Source of the DNA: Akkermansiaceae bacterium
GTDB lineage: Bacteria > Verrucomicrobiota > Verrucomicrobiia > Verrucomicrobiales > Akkermansiaceae
Direction of reading: 5' to 3'
Length of the DNA stretch: 64,000 nt
Assembly: GCA_031419275.1 (NCBI GenBank)
Contig: JANOKJ010000185.1
Span: forward strand, 5,649 to 69,648
Of the stretch, positions 39,395-48,385 are shown piece after piece. Below the pieces are notes generated by a model, which was not told the DNA's origin, did not search any database, and saw only the letters and a program-made list of their open reading frames with translations. The translations under genes and the position numbers were made by a program. The stretch's first letter is position 1, and each line of letters opens with the position of its first letter.

Positions 39395-39571
39395 ATACGG
39401 TCGATACGTTAACTGGATTCGTTTCATTACAAAGTTGAAAATCCATGCTTTTGATATTTTAGTGTTCAAATGAATTATTTTTTGGAACTAACATATCTTA
39501 AGATAAGTTAAATATTTATCTGGCAATAAGTTCAAAAATTACTTAGGAAATGCGAAACAATTCTTTTAGCC

Positions 39572-40201
39572 ATGCCCTCTACCAACGAATACACCCATCC
39601 AATAAACGTTCGTTCGAGACAACTCGATATGCCTACACGTGTGGGTTACCAGGACGATTATGATGATAAAATCAAGAGCGCGCAGCTTGAATTGGAGCGA
39701 ATCCAATTAGAGCGTGAGGATTTGGAGCGGAAAAAACGTGAGCTTGAAGAGCTTACCAGCCGCAAACGTGCGTTTCTTTCTCAACAGGTTGAGCTTACAG
39801 AAAAGCTCTCTGCTGCAATCACTTTGATTGATCGTGAATTGCAAGAATTGAGAGAAGAGACCGACCAACTTGAGCAGTGCCGAGTTTGTTTCTCGGAACA
39901 TTTGGATAAGATCCAGAAGCACGATCCTGAAAAATGGACGCGAGATAATCTTCATGACAGGCTTGATAAAGCGACAACCGTTACGGATACGGCAGCAGAC
40001 GAATATGATCAAGCAGCTGCCTACTTCGAAGGAACACGCGCTGGTGGAATTTTCGGCAGACCTTCCAAAGGTGGACGTCGTAAAGCGAAGTCCCAAAAAA
40101 CCGAATCTGAATTTCGTGAGCAACTCGTGAACGGCTTCGCCTTCAATCTGCCTATCATCATTCTTGGTGCGGCGGGCTTGGTAGTTTACTTCATCAAATA
40201 G
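39572..40201 (+). CDS. Hypothetical coiled-coil protein with C-terminal TM
   Basis: E/R/K/L-rich heptads; terminal hydrophobic helix. Confidence 0.8.
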   Translation: MPSTNEYTHPINVRSRQLDMPTRVGYQDDYDDKIKSAQLELERIQLEREDLERKKRELEELTSRKRAFLSQQVELTEKLSAAITLIDRELQELREETDQLEQCRVCFSEHLDKIQKHDPEKWTRDNLHDRLDKATTVTDTAADEYDQAAAYFEGTRAGGIFGRPSKGGRRKAKSQKTESEFREQLVNGFAFNLPIIILGAAGLVVYFIK

Positions 40202-40205
40202 AACG

Positions 40206-40535
40206 ATGGCGAAATTGAAGCAAGCTAGCCTTTTTGATGAAGATTATGAGTTAAAAGCTCTGCGTGAAAAAGAGCGCAAACTTGCTGAGGCTCAGAAAGA
40301 ATATCAAAGACTGCCTGCGTTGTTAGCTAAGCAGAAGCTTGATAGCGAGGCAACGATGCCGCCAATGGCGGAAATCAAAGAGCGTCAGAAGTTCAATCGT
40401 TTTGAACAAAGCCTCAGCCGCGGTCAGATTGAAAACGTCCTGCGCACACAGCGGCAGAGTTTGGGAATGACCTTGTTGTTGATCGCCGCCACTATTTTGA
40501 TGTTGATGTGGGCACTCCGTATCATTTCGGTCTGA
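40206..40535 (+). CDS. Hypothetical coiled-coil protein with C-terminal TM
   Basis: Starts 4 nt after the previous gene; charged helix followed by a terminal TM. Confidence 0.75.
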   Translation: MAKLKQASLFDEDYELKALREKERKLAEAQKEYQRLPALLAKQKLDSEATMPPMAEIKERQKFNRFEQSLSRGQIENVLRTQRQSLGMTLLLIAATILMLMWALRIISV

Positions 40536-40536
40536 T

Positions 40537-41439
40537 CTAAGGACGCTCCCAAGGCTCAACTTGCCGTTCTGCGGAGCGAGGTTCCAGATGAGAAATCACA
40601 CGACCTTCAGGGCCAATGAGATTTGAAATTTTCGCCTCAATTTCGGTTGCGTGATCATGAGCCTCGGAGAGTTTCATATCATTTGGAAACACCAAATGGA
40701 ACTCGACCCAATGAAAATGTCCTGAGTGGCGATGCCTGAAATTATGATATGCGAGATTCCGCTCTTTGACGACTTCATCTAACATATCTCGGACACTTTT
40801 TTCTATCACTGGATCGGCTTCATCGAGCAGTCCTCCGAAACTTTCTTTGATAAGTTTCAGGCCGACGCGCAGGATATTGATAGCCGCAATGCTCGCGAAT
40901 ATAGGATCCCACAAAGGCCAATCCGTAAATATGATCAGCATGAGAGCGACTAGAGCTGCAAGGCTGGACCATACATCGGTCAGGACATGAATTCCATTTG
41001 CACGAATCAAGGGTGAGGAGGTGCGCTTGCCTACATTGAGCAGAGTGAGTCCGAGTCCGAGATTGATCATAGCCGCAACTCCGGTGATCCAACAACCCAA
41101 GGCGAGGTTTCTGATTTCCACACCGTAGATAAATTGCCTAACAGCCTCATAAAGAATAAGGATGGCTGCTGAGGAAATCATCGCTCCTTCGAATCCTGCG
41201 GAGATGAAGGAAATTTTATCGTGACCGAAGTGATGGGTTTCATCGGCAGGTTTTTTCGCCAGACGCAGAGCCCATGAGGCGAAAGCGACGGCGAAAACAT
41301 GAACCACAGATTCCGCGGCATCCGAGTAAATCGCTGATGAATATGTGCTGGCCGCAGCATATACTTTCAGTGCGAGCAGGAAGATCGCGACGACAAGTGA
41401 TAAGTTCATCACCTGCCGTTGTATGTCTGATTTGGCCAT
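40537..41439 (-). CDS. Cation diffusion facilitator (FieF-like)
   Basis: SDAAES, PADETHHFGHDK, HVLTD, EAHD...IE, HLEP. Confidence 0.92.
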   Translation of the reverse strand: MAKSDIQRQVMNLSLVVAIFLLALKVYAAASTYSSAIYSDAAESVVHVFAVAFASWALRLAKKPADETHHFGHDKISFISAGFEGAMISSAAILILYEAVRQFIYGVEIRNLALGCWITGVAAMINLGLGLTLLNVGKRTSSPLIRANGIHVLTDVWSSLAALVALMLIIFTDWPLWDPIFASIAAINILRVGLKLIKESFGGLLDEADPVIEKSVRDMLDEVVKERNLAYHNFRHRHSGHFHWVEFHLVFPNDMKLSEAHDHATEIEAKISNLIGPEGRVISHLEPRSAERQVEPWERP

Positions 41440-41450
41440 GGTGGTGGAAT

Positions 41451-42740
41451 TTACGAATTCATCAGACGTTCGATGTCATCCGGTTCGATGGGGATGGAAG
41501 CCATGAGATCGATGTTTTCATGTTCTCCGATGAGGAAATCATTTTCGAGACGCACGCCGAGGTTTTCCTCACGGATATAGATGCCGGGTTCGATGGTGAA
41601 AAGCATGCCTGGTGCGACGGCCTCGAAAGGAGGTGATACGTCATGCACATCGAGGCCGAGATGGTGGCTGACGCCGTGCATGAAATATTTGCTGACAAGG
41701 GGTTTATTTTCATCTTGTGCGGCTGCTTCGGCAGCGGTGAAAAGTCCTAGACCGATGAGTTCCTGCTCAATATTTCCGACGACTTGTTTTTGGTAGTCTT
41801 GAAGCAGGATGCCTGGGCGAAGAATGCTATTTGAAAATTTCATGATACGCAGCACTGCCTCGTAGACTTGGCGTTGGCGTGGTGTGAATTTGCCGTTGAT
41901 AGGGATGGTGCGGGTCATGTCCGCGTTCCAGCCGGCGTATTCGCATGCCACATCAAGCAGCAACATCTCGCCGTCGTTGAGGACTTTGTCATTTTCGATG
42001 TAGTGAAGAACGCAGGCACTCGCTCCACCGGCAATGATGGGTGTGTATGCAAATCCACGAGAGCCGGATTTTACGAATTCGTGGATGAACTCTGCTTCTA
42101 CTTCCCATTCGCCGACTCCAGGTTTGACGAATTGTAAAACCCGTCGGAATCCAGCTTCGGTAATATCACAAGCTTTTTGAGTCAGAGAGATTTCCTCATC
42201 GGATTTTGAAATGCGGAGCTTTTGGAGAAGTGGGGTGAGTCGTCCGTAATGGTGGAGAGGAAACTTGTGTTGGCAATCGGAGATAAAGCGGCTGTTACGG
42301 GTTTCAGTGAATACTGAGCAACGGGGATGTTCGTTGGTGGAGAGGAAGAGGGAATCTACCTGCAAGGCTAACTGGTTAAAAAGATTATCGAAGTTTTGGA
42401 CGAATTCGACGTGTTGAATCCCGCTTTGCGCTGTTGCTTGTTGTTTGGTCAGCTTCGCGCCTTCCCAGATTGCAAGAGTTTCGTTGGATTCACGGATGAA
42501 TAGAATTTCACGGTTCCGTTCACTTTTCGCACCGGGATAGAGGAGAAGTATGGTTTCTTCTTGAGTGATGCCGGTAAGGTAAAACAGATCACTGTTTTGT
42601 TTGAAGGGTAGGGTGGCGTCGGCGTTGCTGGAATAGATCTCGTTTGAGTGAATGACAGCGATGGCATTTTTGGGCAAGAGGGTGACAAGCCGACTGCGGT
42701 TTATTTCAAAGAGAGCTGAAGTGGGTGATTGAGAGCGCAT
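41451..42740 (-). CDS. pepP: Xaa-Pro aminopeptidase (M24B)
   Basis: FKQNSDLFYLTG, LHY, ADMTRT, HGVSHHLGLDVHD, TIEPGIY, GVRLEND. Confidence 0.92.
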   Translation of the reverse strand: MRSQSPTSALFEINRSRLVTLLPKNAIAVIHSNEIYSSNADATLPFKQNSDLFYLTGITQEETILLLYPGAKSERNREILFIRESNETLAIWEGAKLTKQQATAQSGIQHVEFVQNFDNLFNQLALQVDSLFLSTNEHPRCSVFTETRNSRFISDCQHKFPLHHYGRLTPLLQKLRISKSDEEISLTQKACDITEAGFRRVLQFVKPGVGEWEVEAEFIHEFVKSGSRGFAYTPIIAGGASACVLHYIENDKVLNDGEMLLLDVACEYAGWNADMTRTIPINGKFTPRQRQVYEAVLRIMKFSNSILRPGILLQDYQKQVVGNIEQELIGLGLFTAAEAAAQDENKPLVSKYFMHGVSHHLGLDVHDVSPPFEAVAPGMLFTIEPGIYIREENLGVRLENDFLIGEHENIDLMASIPIEPDDIERLMNS

Positions 42741-42889
42741 ATTGGAAGAATGACTACCAAATCGAAATGGAGGAACCGCCGCGTGTCGAGGCTTGCTTGA
42801 GAATCTTATGAAGAAATTAAGTTTGGTTTTGCCTGCGTGACCACTTGCAAAACCTATTATGCTGTGAACACGCTCTTGTGTAGCAACTT

Positions 42890-43540
42890 ATGGATTTCTT
42901 CTCAAAAGACCAAACTTCACTTAAAATCTGTGGCGTCCGGGCTGAAGCCGATGCCCTCAGGTTGATTGAGATTGGAGTGGATGCTCTAGGATTCAACTTC
43001 TGGCCTAATTCGAAACGGTATTTGAATCCGAAGGACGCGGCATGGTTGAAAGATCTTGAAGGCAAGATTTTACGGGTGGGTGTGTTTGTCAACCAGCCGG
43101 CCGATTTACCATTACGACTGATTTCTGAGGGAATGATCGATGTGGTCCAGCTGCATGGAGATGAAGATCCGGAATCTACCGTGATTTTTTCAAAAGCGGG
43201 AATCAAAGTCATCAAAGCCGTCGGTGTTAAATCATCAGCGGATATCGAGAGAGCAGGAGAGTTTGAAGTGGATGCCATGTTACTCGATGCGCATGCGCCC
43301 ATCGTTTTTGGTGGAACAGGAGAAACGTTCGACTGGAGCTTGGCGCTTGATTTTAAAAAATGCTTTCCTAATACAGCTGTGATCCTTGCTGGTGGAATCA
43401 CTCCGCAGAATGCAGCGATGGCGATTACTCAAGTGAAGCCAGCAGCACTCGATATCGCGTCGGGTGCTGAGATTTCACCCGGCGTTAAAGATTTTACCAA
43501 GGTCCAACAATTGTTGGATGCCTGCCGTAGCGCTATATGA
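42890..43540 (+). CDS. trpF: Phosphoribosylanthranilate isomerase
   Basis: KICG, VGVFVN, QLHGDE, GGTGETFDW, LAGGI, SGAE..PGVKD. Confidence 0.95.
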   Translation: MDFFSKDQTSLKICGVRAEADALRLIEIGVDALGFNFWPNSKRYLNPKDAAWLKDLEGKILRVGVFVNQPADLPLRLISEGMIDVVQLHGDEDPESTVIFSKAGIKVIKAVGVKSSADIERAGEFEVDAMLLDAHAPIVFGGTGETFDWSLALDFKKCFPNTAVILAGGITPQNAAMAITQVKPAALDIASGAEISPGVKDFTKVQQLLDACRSAI

Positions 43541-44337
43541 TTACCGACTCTCATTGTCACCTGGCCTCGCATCGATACGCAGATCAAGATGTCAGTTCGT
43601 TGATTGCACGGGCAAACTCTGCCGGGGTGCATCGCATGGTCACCATGGCGACATCTTTGGGTGACATTCCGAAGAACCTCGAAATCGCGAAGCATGCTGG
43701 CGTTTCCGCAGCTATTGGAATCCATCCCTGCGATGTGCACCACGCTCCAGACGATGTGATTGAGAAACTTTCCGAATATGTCGGCGATCCGCGAGTGTGT
43801 GCGATTGGTGAAACCGGGCTGGATTATTACCACCCAGCGCCAGATGGATGGACCGAATCGGATTTCAGAACCAAGCAGCGAGATCTTCTCGACCAGCATT
43901 TCGAACTTGCGGCGAGATCGGGATTGAATGTGGTCATTCACACGAGAGACCTCGAAGGTTCGCAGTCTTTTGACGACTCGCTATATATATACCGAAAATA
44001 TTCAGATCGTGTGCGGGCGGTTTTCCATTGTTTCATTTCATCCTGGGATCTGGCGGAACAAGTGATTGCGGAAGGCGGACTGGTTTCGTTCGGTGGTGTG
44101 GCGACCTTTAAAAAATCCGATCTCGTCAAGGATACGGTGGCCCGTTGTCCCGCCGGATGTTTCATGCTGGAAACTGATTCGCCCTACCTTGCGCCCGAGC
44201 CGATGCGTGGAAAACAAAATGAGCCAGGATATACTGCATACATTGCAGAGGCGATTGCTGCTTTGAGGGGGGAGTCACTGGCTGAATTGGCGGCGCATAC
44301 CGAACAGACGGTGAATGATTTTTTTCGATGGAAATGA
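43537..44337 (+). CDS. tatD: TatD family nuclease
   Basis: DSHCHL, GIHP, AIGETGLDY, IHTR, HCF, ETDSPYLAP. Confidence 0.93.
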   Translation: MITDSHCHLASHRYADQDVSSLIARANSAGVHRMVTMATSLGDIPKNLEIAKHAGVSAAIGIHPCDVHHAPDDVIEKLSEYVGDPRVCAIGETGLDYYHPAPDGWTESDFRTKQRDLLDQHFELAARSGLNVVIHTRDLEGSQSFDDSLYIYRKYSDRVRAVFHCFISSWDLAEQVIAEGGLVSFGGVATFKKSDLVKDTVARCPAGCFMLETDSPYLAPEPMRGKQNEPGYTAYIAEAIAALRGESLAELAAHTEQTVNDFFRWK

Positions 44338-44422
44338 GATTTTATTGAATGAATTGTGCGCTGGTAATCGTTCATTGTTTTGTTAAACCGAAGTCACATT
44401 TTTTCCTTCAACTCCTTCAACT

Positions 44423-44812
44423 ATGAAAATCACACACTATCTTTCCATTGCAGCTCTCACTTCTCTCGCCGTTTCTTGCGCTCCGAAGACCGGCGGAGAC
44501 GGATATGATGTCGCAAATCCTTATTCCGCTCCAGACTATGTGGATGAGGGCGGCTCGCCTGTCGGCCCAAATGACGTAAACCCTGCCTACGATACACCGG
44601 CCGCATACGAAGATACCGCTGTCGCAACACCTGAGGTCACTGCACCAGCCATTGCACCGCCTTCAACGAAAGTTCACACAGTTGGCCGTGGTGATACCCT
44701 TTGGGGTTTGAGCAAACAATACGGAGTGCCGATCGATTCCATCAAATCGGCAAACGCTTTAACTCGTGATTCCATTGTATTGGGAGCCAAGTTAACCATT
44801 CCTGCAAAATAA
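44423..44812 (+). CDS. LysM-domain lipoprotein
   Basis: Lipobox LAVSC; HTVGRGDTLWGLSKQYGV...IKSAN...GAKLTIP. Confidence 0.9.
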   Translation: MKITHYLSIAALTSLAVSCAPKTGGDGYDVANPYSAPDYVDEGGSPVGPNDVNPAYDTPAAYEDTAVATPEVTAPAIAPPSTKVHTVGRGDTLWGLSKQYGVPIDSIKSANALTRDSIVLGAKLTIPAK

Positions 44813-44816
44813 GCTG

Positions 44817-45773
44817 ATGCGCTTCAGTTTCGTATTTGCTGGTTTCATTTCAATTGCATCGCTGCTTTCGGCTCAGGAGGAGGCGGCAGATGTGCCAAAG
44901 ATGACGCCGAAAGAGGATGTGATTGAGCAGTTGTTTTCCGAAAGGGAATCTCCGGAAGCTCTAGAGAAAGCGATTCTCAGTGCACGCAAACTCGGAATTC
45001 CGGAACAAGCGATACTCGAATCGAAATTCTTGTTTCACATCGATCGAGCGGAAGATGCGGAGATTGCAAAGATGCTCCCTGAGATGGTGAAGCAGAGTGA
45101 GAACTTCAAATTGGCTGATTCAGAGATTTTTGGAAGTGAAGATGATTGGCTTGCGATTGTTGAATACGCGCGGGCGATCTCCGCATTACAAAAAGGCGAA
45201 AAGCAGGCATTCAAGAAACACATTACCGAGGCATTTTGGCTGAGTCCGAGTCAGGGTGCTGCCTTCGCGCCACACATTCAACGACTCCGTCTGATGGATG
45301 CCATGAAGGAAGTGGAGCTCGATAAGGCGCGAAAATATCGCAACACGCTCAATGCCGAATCCACCAGTCTTGAAACCATCATGGCTGATAAAAAAGGAAC
45401 GATGCTGCACTTCTGGTCTCCCTGGAGTCCTGAATGTGAAGCAACCCTTGCTGACTTCTTGATCACTGCTGAGCTATTGACAAAAAACGGAATCGGCGTC
45501 GCATCACTGCTACCTGAAGCATCTGAGAAAGTGAATGTGGCTGCTAAGGAAATGCTTGTAGCTACTGGGAAAAGCATTGCAGGGCATTGGATGGTCGATG
45601 CTGAGAAGTCGCCACTCAGTGCCCAATTGAAAGTTTCAACCGTTCCAACCGTTGTTCTGTTAGATTCAAAAGGAAAGGTTGTTTATAACGGCCATCCAGG
45701 CAATGAGGAATTCTGGGGTCTGTTAGAAAAATTAAATCCCGAGATCAAGCGTCCCGAGATGCGCGAAGAGTGA
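44817..45773 (+). CDS. Exported protein with C-terminal thioredoxin-like domain
   Basis: Signal peptide; HFWSPWSPEC, VPTVVLLD. Confidence 0.75.
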   Translation: MRFSFVFAGFISIASLLSAQEEAADVPKMTPKEDVIEQLFSERESPEALEKAILSARKLGIPEQAILESKFLFHIDRAEDAEIAKMLPEMVKQSENFKLADSEIFGSEDDWLAIVEYARAISALQKGEKQAFKKHITEAFWLSPSQGAAFAPHIQRLRLMDAMKEVELDKARKYRNTLNAESTSLETIMADKKGTMLHFWSPWSPECEATLADFLITAELLTKNGIGVASLLPEASEKVNVAAKEMLVATGKSIAGHWMVDAEKSPLSAQLKVSTVPTVVLLDSKGKVVYNGHPGNEEFWGLLEKLNPEIKRPEMREE

Positions 45774-45865
45774 AGTTCGATTTGTAGAATTTACTGCGCC
45801 TGTCGTAGGCCAAAAACGGGGGGAAATTAATTTTAAACTTTTCTTAAAAGTTTGCAGAAATTAAC

Positions 45866-45898
45866 TTGACGGATATCCGTAATACTAGTTTTATCGTA
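45866..45898 (+). promoter_or_regulatory. Putative promoter/operator of the BlaI-H1 gene
   Basis: TTGACG overlapped by the perfect palindrome ACGGATATCCGT (45869-45880), followed by TACTA-N6-TCGTA. Confidence 0.5.
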
Positions 45899-45921
45899 TC
45901 AATCTAAGGAAACGAATCCTG

Positions 45922-46662
45922 ATGAACAAACCTACGCACCCTTCAAATCTCGAGCTACAAGCACTCTCAGTGTTGTGGCATGAAGGACCATCTACGGTAA
46001 GTTCAGTACATGAATCGCTGCCTGATGGAAGAGAAAGAGCCTACACCACGGTGCTCTCTGTCATGCAAAGCTTAGAGAGAAAAAGACTGGTAAGAAGGAT
46101 CCGCTCCGGAAGGGCTCATGTTTATGAGTCGGCGTATTCACAAGAAATCATCGTGCGTCGGGCGACGGATGATTTTGTCACAAATGCTTTTGGAGGGCGC
46201 CTCGGTGAGGCCGTTCTCGCTACCCTCTCCCTCGGTTCATTAACACCGGAAGAGAAAACAAACATCGAACGCGAACTCAAACGACATAAAACCATGCCAG
46301 CGAAAAAAACAGCAAAGAAAGCAGTAAAAAAAGCAGCTCCTAAAAAAGCAGCAGTAAAGAAAGCAGCTCCTAAGAAAGCCGCTAAAAAAGCAGCTCCTAA
46401 GAAAGCCGCCAAAAAAGCAGCTCCTAAGAAAGCCGCTAAAAAGGCAGCTCCTAAGAAAGCCGCTAAAAAAGTAGCAAAAAGCGCTAAAAAAGCCGCTAAA
46501 AAAGCTCCAGCTAAAAAAGTTGTTGCTAAAAAAGCAGCTCCTAAAAAAGCAGCTAAAAAAGCAGTGAAAAAAGCCGCTCCTAAGAAAGCAGCAGCTAAAA
46601 AGGCACCAGCTAAAAAAGCACCAGCTAAGAAAGCCGCCAAAAAAGCAGCTAAGAAGAAGTAA
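45922..46662 (+). CDS. BlaI/MecI/CopY winged-helix protein fused to a histone H1-like K/A/P tail
   Basis: ELQALSVLW, AYTTVLSVMQSLERK, GRAHVY, FGG in aa 1-124; KKAAP repeats in aa 125-246; no stop in between. Confidence 0.85.
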   Translation: MNKPTHPSNLELQALSVLWHEGPSTVSSVHESLPDGRERAYTTVLSVMQSLERKRLVRRIRSGRAHVYESAYSQEIIVRRATDDFVTNAFGGRLGEAVLATLSLGSLTPEEKTNIERELKRHKTMPAKKTAKKAVKKAAPKKAAVKKAAPKKAAKKAAPKKAAKKAAPKKAAKKAAPKKAAKKVAKSAKKAAKKAPAKKVVAKKAAPKKAAKKAVKKAAPKKAAAKKAPAKKAPAKKAAKKAAKKK

Positions 46663-46732
46663 TCAGTCACCGCGGGCAGTTTGATATTTCTCTAGCGAGG
46701 GATTCATCTGCTTAAGCGGTTATGAAATATGT

Positions 46733-46766
46733 AAAAGGCGGAAGATCTCAGGGTCTTCCGCCTTTT
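46733..46766 (+). terminator. Rho-independent terminator, possibly bidirectional
   Basis: AAAAGGCGGAAGA-loop-TCTTCCGCCTTTT. Confidence 0.85.
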
Positions 46767-46848
46767 CACGTTTTGAGGGATATTAAAATACGGAAAATAA
46801 TCTCCCATTTTGTTTTCATGGGTGAATTTGTGTGGTTTGATCCTGTGC

Positions 46849-47322
46849 ATGAAGAATTCAACTCGATGGTTATTCGTCTTTCTATTTTCGTTAACGACAT
46901 TCGTATCGGCGGGCGGAGATAAGAAAACCGCTCAGGTTTCATTTCATACTGAGACGGAAGCGAGTGATAATCCTAAAATGATTTTTCAGCATCAGATACT
47001 TGGGAAAGAGAGATATTTTCGCCGGATGCCTGATATTTCCTCCAAAGATTTTGTCTCATTCAGTCCCTTTCCATCGGATGACCAAGCGACTTATGGAATT
47101 CTGATCAAATTGAAGGAGAGCTCAGGGAAGCGCCTGAGTGCGGTTACCACTGCAAACCAAGGAAAGATGATGGTTTGTCAGGCGTTTGGGCGCGTAGTAG
47201 ATGGGGTCATCATTGATCAACCCGTAAACGATAGGGTGATCGTCATTTGGAAAGGTCTCACATTAGAGGAAATTCGTGAATTAGATAAGAAAATGCCGCG
47301 TATAGGTGAGGAGAAGAAATAA
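46849..47322 (+). CDS. Exported hypothetical protein (weakly like the SecDF P1 head)
   Basis: Signal peptide; GKRLSAVTTANQGK. Confidence 0.65.
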   Translation: MKNSTRWLFVFLFSLTTFVSAGGDKKTAQVSFHTETEASDNPKMIFQHQILGKERYFRRMPDISSKDFVSFSPFPSDDQATYGILIKLKESSGKRLSAVTTANQGKMMVCQAFGRVVDGVIIDQPVNDRVIVIWKGLTLEEIRELDKKMPRIGEEKK

Positions 47323-47333
47323 GGTTATTTCAT

Positions 47334-48362
47334 ATGAAATGGAGTCTAGTTGTATTGTTGATAGCGATCGCAAATCTAAAGGCCGAAGCAATTCGTTTGG
47401 TTTTGCCGACTGAAAATGACCATCTCTTCCGTGCTGAGTTGGATCGGTTTTATATGTATGTGGATCGAACCTTCGAGGGAGAGGTTACGAAAGTCTGGGA
47501 GGGCGGTTCATTTGGACTAGTGCGCACTCCTATCCGGGTGAACGGAGATGTGTTGCTGACTAAGTTTCATGAAGGGATCGATATTGCTCCGATCAAGCGT
47601 GATAAAGCGGGCAATCCCTTGGATTTGGTGATGAGTATTATCGGAGGGAAAGTGGTTCATGTCAGTGAGATTGCGGGCCGCAGCAATTACGGTCGATACG
47701 TGGTGGTTGAGCATGTTTTGGAGCAATCGAAAGTTTACTCGCTCTATGCGCATTTGGCAGAAATCACGGTAAAAGTGGATGATGCAGTTAAAGCGGGTTC
47801 TGTGCTTGGACGAATGGGTTATACGGGTGAGGGGATCAATCGGACACGGGCTCATTTGCATTTGGAGTTGGGCTTTATGATGAGTTTGAATTTTGAGAGT
47901 TGGCATAAGCAGAATTTCGCCAGTCCAAATTACCACGGGAATTTCAATGGGATTAATCTGGCAGGCGTTGATATCGCGAGTTTCATTTTGGCGCATCGAG
48001 AAAACTCGAATCTGAGTTTCAGTGAGTTTGTGTTGAGTCGGCCAGTACAATTCAAGGTGATGGTCCCGGCGGGAAAATCGGAGCCTGAATTTTTGGTGAG
48101 GTATCCTTGGATGAAGCGCCAAGGTGATGCCACAGTGAACTCATGGGAAATTGGATTTACTGCGACAGGCCATGTTGTTTCGTTTACTCCCAGTAGTCGG
48201 ACGGTTAATCAAGCGGTGGTGAGTCACATCAGGCCAGCAGAGATAAATCAATCGTATCTGACTCGTGGCTTAATTTCAGGAAACGGCAATCAGGTTTCGT
48301 TAACGCGTGAAGGAAGCCGTCTAGTTTCCTTGATTCTGGATGATTTTCCGCTGGTTCAGTAG
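47334..48362 (+). CDS. M23 family metallopeptidase
   Basis: FHEGIDI, YGRYVVVEH, LYAHL, MGYTG, HLHLE. Confidence 0.92.
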   Translation: MKWSLVVLLIAIANLKAEAIRLVLPTENDHLFRAELDRFYMYVDRTFEGEVTKVWEGGSFGLVRTPIRVNGDVLLTKFHEGIDIAPIKRDKAGNPLDLVMSIIGGKVVHVSEIAGRSNYGRYVVVEHVLEQSKVYSLYAHLAEITVKVDDAVKAGSVLGRMGYTGEGINRTRAHLHLELGFMMSLNFESWHKQNFASPNYHGNFNGINLAGVDIASFILAHRENSNLSFSEFVLSRPVQFKVMVPAGKSEPEFLVRYPWMKRQGDATVNSWEIGFTATGHVVSFTPSSRTVNQAVVSHIRPAEINQSYLTRGLISGNGNQVSLTREGSRLVSLILDDFPLVQ

Positions 48363-48385
48363 GATATACAAAATTGATCAAATAT

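Noticed and set aside
46122-46670. Hydrophobic FLAAF-repeat ORF on the minus strand
   Set aside because: Reverse complement of the Lys/Ala codon repeats of the H1-like tail
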